Source: Desulfobacterales bacterium
GTDB taxonomy: Bacteria; Desulfobacterota; Desulfobacteria; Desulfobacterales; JAHEIW01
NCBI GenBank assembly: GCA_030066985.1
Contig: JASJAN010000018.1
Location: 1,742 to 65,741 of the forward strand
Reading direction: 5' to 3'
DNA: 64,000 nt
Positions 54,911-62,187 of this stretch are shown here, piece by piece. Numbering within the stretch: the first letter of the stretch is position 1; every line of letters begins with the position of its first letter. The notes beneath the pieces were generated by a model, which ran no database searches, was not told the origin of the DNA, and saw only the letters and a program-made list of their open reading frames with translations. A program made the position numbers and the translations under genes.

Positions 54911-55404
54911 TTGGCCACCATTCTGGCAATTGCCTTTATCATCTGGGCTAAAAAAACCAAGGCGACGGGAATACTGGCAAGCGCAATTCCATAGGCAAAC
55001 GGATAAAGCGGAATGCGTATCGTCGCACTTACCTCTCCGCCGATTTGAAGAGAATGGCCATGAACGATTAAGCGCCAAACGATCAGAACAAAAAACGTGA
55101 GCCCGAAAAAAGAAATGACGGTATCAACAAGCGCCTGTACTCGCTCGGGCAATAAGGCCATAAAAAACTCAACACTGACATGCCGGCCGATAATCAGCGC
55201 ATACGCGGTGGCAAAAGAAATGGCCACCAGCTGGCTGAGCATGACAATGTCCAGTGCACCGTATACCGGGGTACGAAACAGCTTGCCGCCAAGAACATCG
55301 AGACAGGTGATCACCATCATCAACAGGAGCCCACCCAGGCCGATGAGTTCAAACCCGATGCTCAGTCGCCGGTTGAAATTGTCAAATTTTTCCAGAAAGG
55401 TCAT
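54907..55404 (-). CDS. dctQ: TRAP transporter small permease
   Basis: 165 aa with 4 TM segments, upstream of and overlapping dctM. Confidence 0.85.
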   Translation of the reverse strand: MTFLEKFDNFNRRLSIGFELIGLGGLLLMMVITCLDVLGGKLFRTPVYGALDIVMLSQLVAISFATAYALIIGRHVSVEFFMALLPERVQALVDTVISFFGLTFFVLIVWRLIVHGHSLQIGGEVSATIRIPLYPFAYGIALASIPVALVFLAQMIKAIARMVAK

Positions 55405-55543
55405 TTGATTAGAAGAGCTGCGATATTCGCAAAAGGCTCAGATAGTTAAGGCGATGTCGTCCTGCAGATGCAGGACGACATCACAATTAGTTGAACTTAA
55501 ATTACGTTTAAATTTTCATAACAACCCTATTGCATCCACTAGC

Positions 55544-56641
55544 TTAGGGTCTTATTTCAGGCGGACCGGTCGGCGATTTAATGAATAATTTAGTTTGTTT
55601 AACGGTCCAATAGTTGATGCGCTCATCCAGATATTTCAGCCAGCCCCTGACATCACCCTCGGAATGACCGGCAGCCACCATCTTCTTGACATAATCTTCA
55701 ATGACAGGTGCCGTCGCTTTTTTCCAGACTGCGACTTCGGCGGAGCTTAAATCGATAAATTCCACACCTTTTGAAGCGGCAAAATTTTTACCTGCAAAAT
55801 CGATGGAATTCCACATCAACGCCATGCGCTCGCGATAAACCCCACTGAGCTCATCGAAGATCTGCTTAATGTCCGGCGGTAGGGAATTGTACTTTTTTTT
55901 GTTCATGGCAACATAAAAAGTGTACAGATTGCCCACCTGCCAACTGGTGGTCACATATTTAGCGACTTCGGCAAAACGAAAAGATCTGAGAGTTTCATAA
56001 GGGGTATTGACGCCATCGAGAACGCCTTTGGCAATTCCGTCATAGACTTCCATGATCGGGGTTGGCGCTGGTGTGGCACCCAGCGCTTTGATGGTATTAC
56101 CCACCCGACCTGGCGCTCTGATGGTCAGTCCTTTCATATCTGCCAAAGATCTTACCGGCTTTTTTGAAATGACAACGTTGGGATTACTGGCGTGCATCCA
56201 CAGAATATGCACCTTGTCCCACTCCTTGGGCTTGAATTGGTGATAAAAATCGTTGACCACCTGGTTGGCCACCCAGCCGCTGGGAAATCCCAGAGGCAGA
56301 TCGCACACTTCGGTAACCGGAAAACGACCGGGTGTATACTCAACATGGGCCAGTCCAATATCGACAATTCCGGTAACAACACCTTCATACATCCGGGGTG
56401 CTTTTACCAGAGACCCACCGGCAAAGTATTGTATTTTAACTCTACCGTTGGTTCGCCTTTCAACATCGGCTATGAAATCTTCACATATCTTGGAATGCGG
56501 GGCTGGCGGCGGAAAATAATTCGCCATTTTGAGTTTAATGACATCTTCGGAAAATGCCGGTGGGTTAAAGATCGGAAGTGCGAATGAGAAACACAACATC
56601 GCGGCTATAGACAGAGATATCAGCAAATGTTTTTTATTCAT
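55544..56641 (-). CDS. dctP: TRAP transporter substrate-binding protein
   Basis: 365 aa with a signal peptide MNKKHLLISLSIAAMLCFSFA. DctP-family pattern. SD AAGGAGGG upstream. Confidence 0.85.
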   Translation of the reverse strand: MNKKHLLISLSIAAMLCFSFALPIFNPPAFSEDVIKLKMANYFPPPAPHSKICEDFIADVERRTNGRVKIQYFAGGSLVKAPRMYEGVVTGIVDIGLAHVEYTPGRFPVTEVCDLPLGFPSGWVANQVVNDFYHQFKPKEWDKVHILWMHASNPNVVISKKPVRSLADMKGLTIRAPGRVGNTIKALGATPAPTPIMEVYDGIAKGVLDGVNTPYETLRSFRFAEVAKYVTTSWQVGNLYTFYVAMNKKKYNSLPPDIKQIFDELSGVYRERMALMWNSIDFAGKNFAASKGVEFIDLSSAEVAVWKKATAPVIEDYVKKMVAAGHSEGDVRGWLKYLDERINYWTVKQTKLFIKSPTGPPEIRP

Positions 56642-56903
56642 GGTTGCTGCCCTCCTTTTTGGAAACCATTATCGATCAGATATTCGTTACAGGACAGATT
56701 TGTCTTTGATCACCTCCTTCCGGCAGACAAGTAAGTTATTGACCCTATAAATAATCAAGTCGTTTTTTTGAACGGATTTAATTCACTACTGTTTAGTTTT
56801 TTTTGTTCTTCTTGTCAACGGCATGCTTGATTGGTGCGCAATCCCACCGGAATAAAAGACTTGAAAGATCCTCGTCTATTTTCATGCAAAAATCAGGTGA
56901 TTG

Positions 56904-57590
56904 CTAAAAGGAAAGTACTTTGTTTAAATTGTAAATGCTGTCGATGATGGCATCCGGCTGCTCTTTTTTGAGAGAATCGTAGTCATCAAATCCGGTCAAA
57001 ACACCAACTGTGAGCATCCCAGCGGCCTTGCCCGCTTGTATGTCGGTGGTAGTATCGCCCACATAAACACATCTGTCAGGCTTAAGCTCGAGTTCTTGGG
57101 CACACATGATGAGCGGATCCGGCGCCGGTTTTCTTTTATCAACATCGTCGGATGTCACGATAACCTCGATAAGATTATCAACACCGGCATTTTTTAGCGG
57201 CTGCATTTTGGTCTTTAAATAGTGTTTCTGAGTCGAGGTGACCAGGCCCATCTTTAATCCGCTTGCTGAAATCATTTTAAGGATGCTGTCCGCACCTTGA
57301 AAAATATCCAAACGATCGGCGAACATTTGGGGTGCGATCTCATTGATGACGGACCAGGCTTCATCTATAATATGTTCATTGCTGCTAAGAACTTCCGGCG
57401 GTAGCACAAGTTCCCATTTAAAATTTTCGCTTTCTGCAGCCGCCAGGATTTTGCTGCGTGATACCGGAGGAAGATTGAGCCGTTCCAAAGCGATTTCAAC
57501 AATCTTAAAATAGGTGTCAATTGAATCGATCAGGGTGCCATCCAGATCAAAAATCACCGCCTCCACTTTTAACTTCACTTGATTAGACAT
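56904..57590 (-). CDS. HAD-superfamily hydrolase (phosphoglycolate phosphatase-like subfamily IA)
   Basis: Motif I FDLDGTLIDS, motif II VTSTQ and motif IV VGDTTTDIQAGKAAG. Confidence 0.8.
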   Translation of the reverse strand: MSNQVKLKVEAVIFDLDGTLIDSIDTYFKIVEIALERLNLPPVSRSKILAAAESENFKWELVLPPEVLSSNEHIIDEAWSVINEIAPQMFADRLDIFQGADSILKMISASGLKMGLVTSTQKHYLKTKMQPLKNAGVDNLIEVIVTSDDVDKRKPAPDPLIMCAQELELKPDRCVYVGDTTTDIQAGKAAGMLTVGVLTGFDDYDSLKKEQPDAIIDSIYNLNKVLSF

Positions 57591-57593
57591 AGA

Positions 57594-58004
57594 TCACTCT
57601 TCAGTAAGCACTACCTTAATGTAATCACCATCGTTAACATTTAAAGATGCTTTAATGCTCAGCGGCGCAATGATCTCGATAATATTCTCCGCATGAATCC
57701 GGACCCTTTCTTCGGGAATGATAATGGCACCTTTAAGCTTTCCTAATTCAACCGCAAAGGCTTTAGCGTTGCAGAACTTCGGATTTGGAGAAATCAATTC
57801 AATCCCCTCCTTCTGATTCAGTGCAGCCACAAGCAATAGATGTTCTGGTGCTATCTCCAGGTTCAATGTCCCGGGATGGGGCTTAAAACCCAATTTCTCC
57901 TGACACTGCTGTCGCACCCAATCGATCTGGGTGAAATAGGCGCCCTCTCCTGCTCCGCTGATAATTTTCCCTGCTATTTCCAATTTCTTTATTCCTGATA
58001 CCAT
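57594..58004 (-). CDS. ribK: CTP-dependent (archaeal-type, DUF120) riboflavin kinase
   Basis: 136 aa. GKIISGAGEGAYF, LGFKPHPGTLNL, GAIIIPE and IIEIIAPLSIKASLNVNDGDYIKV parallel the archaeal RibK pattern as I recall it. Confidence 0.65.
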   Translation of the reverse strand: MVSGIKKLEIAGKIISGAGEGAYFTQIDWVRQQCQEKLGFKPHPGTLNLEIAPEHLLLVAALNQKEGIELISPNPKFCNAKAFAVELGKLKGAIIIPEERVRIHAENIIEIIAPLSIKASLNVNDGDYIKVVLTEE

Positions 58005-58333
58005 TTGCGTTTGTTGAAATCATCAGGAGAATCCGGCAAAGGACCTTTTACGACTTCTTCTAACCTTATGACAATCGCATGTTCTTGGCCAAATTCAGCA
58101 ATCAGTGAATTGATCGCCCTTCCCAGAGTCTGGTTGCAAGCCGATTGACATTCGCCAATAACATCTGCCGGCAGATGATGATAGGCTTCAACTAGATTGT
58201 CCACCCAATTCGCCAATGCTTTGGTATCAAGGTCTCTTTTCGACCGTCGATAAACATATCCTTCAAATGCGCCGGCTGAAGCGGCAAATTCATAGATTTG
58301 GTGGTAGATGTGCATCTGAGAATCCTCACGCAA
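57989..58333 (-). CDS. Hypothetical protein
   Basis: 114 aa with a 16-nt overlap onto ribK. No motif recognised. The start may instead be Met7 (58315). Confidence 0.35.
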   Translation of the reverse strand: MREDSQMHIYHQIYEFAASAGAFEGYVYRRSKRDLDTKALANWVDNLVEAYHHLPADVIGECQSACNQTLGRAINSLIAEFGQEHAIVIRLEEVVKGPLPDSPDDFNKRKWYQE

Positions 58334-58357
58334 AGCTTTTTAATTAGGAGTTGAAAA

Positions 58358-59026
58358 CTATTTTTTTAATTTTATTCTTATTTCGTTTTCGCGGGTGTCA
58401 ATACGGTAATCTTCAAAATCGGTTTTTTCGATTATGGCAATGGCTTCTTCACGCGTATAGGTTTTGATTGGTTTGTGCAAGCCCGACAGTTGAAACAGCT
58501 TTAGAAAAAATCGCTCGCGCAAGTTGAGTGATGCTTTCCATTTATTGCGGTCCACCGCTCCACTCACCCGGGCTGGATCAAAAATCCAGGCCTGTCCACC
58601 GACTTTCAATACACGGTATATTTCCTGGAAAACCTTCACCGGATCCTTGAGCGCATGCAGCATACCGGTGCTGATGACCATACCAAAAGATTCATCATCA
58701 AATTTTAAGTGACCGGCATCGCCGAGTTGAAAGGTCAATCGATCAGACAGGCCCTCTCTGGCGGCATTTGAGCGCGCCATACTCAATAACTTGCGGCTTA
58801 AATCAATTCCGAAGATGTGAACCTTTGAAGATTTTTTGGCAATTTCAATCGGCAAATAGCCCGGACCAGTGCCAATATCCAGAATCCTATCGCCGGGCAA
58901 ATGGGCAACGATTTCTTCGGCCACATGACGGTAATAGGTATCTATGACCAAACGGGTGCCTTTTTCATAGGCCGAAGCCAGAACACCCGGTATGCGTTCG
59001 ATTTTAATCCATTGTCTCATTGTCAA
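58358..59026 (-). CDS. Class I SAM-dependent methyltransferase
   Basis: Motif I ILDIGTGPGYL, followed by the DL..K post-I acidic residue and VISTGMLHAL. Confidence 0.75.
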   Translation of the reverse strand: MTMRQWIKIERIPGVLASAYEKGTRLVIDTYYRHVAEEIVAHLPGDRILDIGTGPGYLPIEIAKKSSKVHIFGIDLSRKLLSMARSNAAREGLSDRLTFQLGDAGHLKFDDESFGMVISTGMLHALKDPVKVFQEIYRVLKVGGQAWIFDPARVSGAVDRNKWKASLNLRERFFLKLFQLSGLHKPIKTYTREEAIAIIEKTDFEDYRIDTRENEIRIKLKK

Positions 59027-59212
59027 AATAATAATAAGAAGGATATTTGGAGAGGCGTTATCGAGTCACCTATAGGTTGAGTCTTGTTAAAATTAAATCA
59101 GTCGAAGTGCATTAAGTCAAACAATTTGCAGTTTACAGAATCGGCTATATTATGTACATGAATGACACATTCAAAAATAAAACAACATCAAAAATAAAGG
59201 AGGGCTGGCGCT

Positions 59213-59692
59213 ATGAGTATTGAAAACAACGTGTTCTACTGGTTGCCGTGTTCAGTGGTGTTCGTCAGCACCGCTCATGAAGACAAAAAAGATATCATGA
59301 CCGCTACAGCCATGTTTGTATCTGAAAAAGAACCGCTGCTGGTCATCAGCGTAGCAAAAGACCATTTGACTGAAAGACTGATTTCCCAATCCGGCAAATT
59401 TACGGTAGTGATTGCAGGAGCTGATCAGGAGAAATTGGCCATGCAGGTGGGTAGCGCCAAAGGTGACGATATGGATAAATTTGAGCGCTTTTCCATTTCA
59501 GCCACCACCGGCTCCGGCAGTGCGGCTTTGATTCCGGATGGAGCAGCGGCCTGGATGGAATGCGAAGTTGAAACTAGCAAGGAAATCCAGGGCTACCAGC
59601 TTTTTATGGGCCGTGTTGTCAATCAGAATGATAGCGGTAAAGCGCCATTGGTCTGGCACAAGGACGGGTTCTTTGGTCTAACTAAGGGTTAG
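59213..59692 (+). CDS. Flavin reductase-like FMN-binding domain protein
   Basis: 159 aa. VVFVSTAHEDKKDIMTATAMFVSEKEPLLVISV fits the split-barrel flavin reductase pattern. SD AAGGAGGG upstream. Confidence 0.55.
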   Translation: MSIENNVFYWLPCSVVFVSTAHEDKKDIMTATAMFVSEKEPLLVISVAKDHLTERLISQSGKFTVVIAGADQEKLAMQVGSAKGDDMDKFERFSISATTGSGSAALIPDGAAAWMECEVETSKEIQGYQLFMGRVVNQNDSGKAPLVWHKDGFFGLTKG

Positions 59693-59698
59693 AATATA

Positions 59699-59726
59699 GT
59701 TATTTGTTATTCGTTATTGGTTATTG
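59699..59726. repeat. Tandem heptamer GTTATTN x4
   Basis: GTTATTT GTTATTC GTTATTG GTTATTG, immediately after the flavin reductase stop. Confidence 0.7.
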
Positions 59727-59781
59727 GTATACACAAGACAAATGACAAAGACCAAAGCGTGCTGAAAAAAGATACCAATCG

Positions 59782-61005
59782 ATGGGAAATACTATGAGTA
59801 TCGAGCCCAGAATCGCGGTGGTGGGGACTTTCGATTCCAAGGCTGAAGAGCATTTTTTTTTGAAAGAACGTATTGAGCAACATGGCCTTAGCACATTGAC
59901 CGTTAATGTCGGCACCGCAGCGCCTGCACCGTCAGCGGTGGATCTGGATTTATACAAAACCGTTATCAAAAACAGCCCGGCTTTACGAGAGAGCAGAGAT
60001 ACGGCGATTGCCGCCATGATCGAAGAAGCCAGAGCCCGTATCAAAAAGCTTTACGCGGAAAATAAGATTGCAGGAATGATCTCGGCCGGCGGCGGCACCG
60101 GCACCCATATCGGCACAAGCATAATGCACGAGCTTCCGCTGGGGGTCCCCAAGGTGATGGTTTCCACGGTTGCATCGCGCAACATGGCACAAACGGTTGG
60201 CACCAAAGATATTACCATGATTCACAGTGTCGCCGACCTGCTGGGTGTTAATAGTATCTCAGGGCGTATTCTAGATAAGGCTGCAGCAGGTATCTGCGGA
60301 ATGGCCCAGAGCCGATGGCATCCCGATACCACTAAAAAAAGGATTGCCCTGCCCTTTTTTGGATTTATCACCGCCGGCGCTGAAGCCACCCGCAAGACCT
60401 TGGAAGACCGTGGATATGAGGTGGTGGCTTTCCATGCCAATGGTATCGGTGGGATGGCCATGGAAGAGCTGGCTGCCGAGGGCTATTTTGATGGCATTTT
60501 GGATTTCGCCACCCATGAGCTAGCCGACCACCTGCTAGACGGCTACTGTGGGGATATTGGTTCGCAACGGTTTGAACCGGTTCCCGGGCATTCAATTCCC
60601 AGATTGGTTATCCCGGGTGGGTTGGATTGCGCAGTTTTAGAATTCACCCGCGACAATATTCCGCCGCAATATCAAGATCGTCAGATCTTTTTTTATGATT
60701 TTCGCTCTGCTATCCGTCTCAATGAGGACGAAACACGAACCCTGGCTGATCAACTGTCACGAAAATTGAATAAAGATGCATCTAATGTGAAAATATTAAT
60801 CCCCCTACAGGGATGGTCCGAGGCGGATCGCGAAGGTGGTCCTCTGTACGACCCGCCCATGAACCGTTTTTTCACGCAACAGCTGCAAGAAAAACTCGAT
60901 CATCAGATAAACATTCAAGAAGCGGCTCACCACATCAACGACCCAGCATTTGCCGAACTGGCCGCCCGGACGATGGACCAGATGATACAGGAGCAGTCAG
61001 CCTAA
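59782..61005 (+). CDS. UPF0261 / Tm-1-like ATP-binding domain protein
   Basis: 407 aa. RIAVVGTFDSKAEEHFFLKERIE is the N-terminus typical of this family. The start is ATG 59782 or ATG 59794. Confidence 0.6.
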   Translation: MGNTMSIEPRIAVVGTFDSKAEEHFFLKERIEQHGLSTLTVNVGTAAPAPSAVDLDLYKTVIKNSPALRESRDTAIAAMIEEARARIKKLYAENKIAGMISAGGGTGTHIGTSIMHELPLGVPKVMVSTVASRNMAQTVGTKDITMIHSVADLLGVNSISGRILDKAAAGICGMAQSRWHPDTTKKRIALPFFGFITAGAEATRKTLEDRGYEVVAFHANGIGGMAMEELAAEGYFDGILDFATHELADHLLDGYCGDIGSQRFEPVPGHSIPRLVIPGGLDCAVLEFTRDNIPPQYQDRQIFFYDFRSAIRLNEDETRTLADQLSRKLNKDASNVKILIPLQGWSEADREGGPLYDPPMNRFFTQQLQEKLDHQINIQEAAHHINDPAFAELAARTMDQMIQEQSA

Positions 61006-61886
61006 TGTTTATCAAACCCGATTGCATCCCCTGCATATTGAAAATGACGATTTCATCGCTCAGGAAACTGCCCCTTGATGAGAAGGCAGTTAAAGCGTTA
61101 TATACCGAAATTCTGCAATTACCAGCCTTGCGCGGTCTTGTCTGGGATATCACCAGCCCGGCTATTATCGAAGAAGTATGGCAAAAAATTACTGACGCGG
61201 TCGAGTCCCGGGATCCATTTCACGAGTTGAAATCAAGCCAAAATGAACAAATTCTTGCTCTGTACCCGTTTCTGGAAAAAATGGTCAACGAAGCTGCCGA
61301 CCCTTTAAAAATGGCCGTTAAGCTTTCCATCATGGGAAATTCCATGGATTTTATGGTGGCGGATTCTTCTTTAACCATCGAGAAATCGATCGCAGAAAAG
61401 ACAAAATTGCCGCTCACAGATAAGGATTATTCCCAGTTCAGACAGCAGTTAGAAAACACCCGGTATCTTTTGATATTTGGCGATAACGCCGGAGAAATCG
61501 TATTCGACCGCTTGCTGATTCAAATCATAAAAATGCAATATCAACCGGAAATCACTTTTGTCGTCAGAAGTTTGCCCACGCTCAATGACGCCACTTTAAC
61601 TGAGGCCAAAGCAGTTGGTATTAATAAGTTTGCCACAGTTCTTGAAAACGGCATCGATGGGCCTTTACCCGGCACTGTCCTGGGCAGATGCTCCAGTGAA
61701 GTCAACACTCTGGTTGAGCAGTCCGATCTGATCATTTCAAAAGGGGGCGGCAATTTTGACACCCTGGATGAAGAACGAAAACACCTGAACAAAAAAATTT
61801 CTTTCCTCCTTCTTTCCAAATGCGCACCCCACCATGATAATTTTGGCGTGCAATTGTATCATCCGGTGTTATTCAATAAGTTCTAA
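61005..61886 (+). CDS. DUF89 (ARMT1-like) metal-dependent phosphatase family protein
   Basis: MFIKPDCIPCILKM, FGDNAGEIVFDRLLI and SKGGGNFDTL. The ATG overlaps the upstream stop (TAATG). The ORF-track extension to 60813 is rejected. Confidence 0.6.
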   Translation: MFIKPDCIPCILKMTISSLRKLPLDEKAVKALYTEILQLPALRGLVWDITSPAIIEEVWQKITDAVESRDPFHELKSSQNEQILALYPFLEKMVNEAADPLKMAVKLSIMGNSMDFMVADSSLTIEKSIAEKTKLPLTDKDYSQFRQQLENTRYLLIFGDNAGEIVFDRLLIQIIKMQYQPEITFVVRSLPTLNDATLTEAKAVGINKFATVLENGIDGPLPGTVLGRCSSEVNTLVEQSDLIISKGGGNFDTLDEERKHLNKKISFLLLSKCAPHHDNFGVQLYHPVLFNKF

Positions 61887-61945
61887 ATCTTTACTGTACG
61901 TCTAATCCTGCCACTGCATTACTCAATTACGCCAAAAACCCATCA

Positions 61946-61971
61946 CTCCAATATTCCAATACTCCAATATT
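61946..61971. repeat. Tandem octamer (C/T)TCCAATA x3
   Basis: CTCCAATA TTCCAATA CTCCAATA TT, in the spacer before the molybdoenzyme gene. Confidence 0.65.
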
Positions 61972-62187
61972 TTGTTTTATAAGATTTTCTTATATATTTT
62001 ATAAAATCATATGAATTGACTTAAACTGCCAAGCCATTCATAAAATTAAATATTAAATATCTCAAATAACGCTAACGATAACGGATTCCTGGATTTTGCA
62101 CGGGTTGGAGGTTTTCATCCATTAAAACACTAGCAACTACTTCTCATTAATTTTCATGCAAGATCTAGGAACAGGGGAGGTTTAAAG

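Noticed and set aside
54911-55078. 56-aa N-terminal extension of the dctM ORF
   Set aside because: It overlaps dctQ. ATG 54910 forms the classical ATGA junction with the dctQ stop, and the mature TM protein starts there.
59027-59212. FMN riboswitch upstream of the flavin genes (and a B12 riboswitch at 47662-47735 before icmF)
   Set aside because: I could not find the conserved cores of either riboswitch class by eye. The icmF spacer is too short. A covariance-model scan would be needed to settle this.
60813-61004. Upstream extension of the DUF89 ORF
   Set aside because: It fully overlaps the 3' end of the UPF0261 gene in another frame. The family-typical N-terminus begins at ATG 61005.
62089-62100. 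Sigma54-like CTGGATTTTGCA before the molybdoenzyme gene
   Set aside because: The GG and GC elements are only 5 nt apart instead of about 10.
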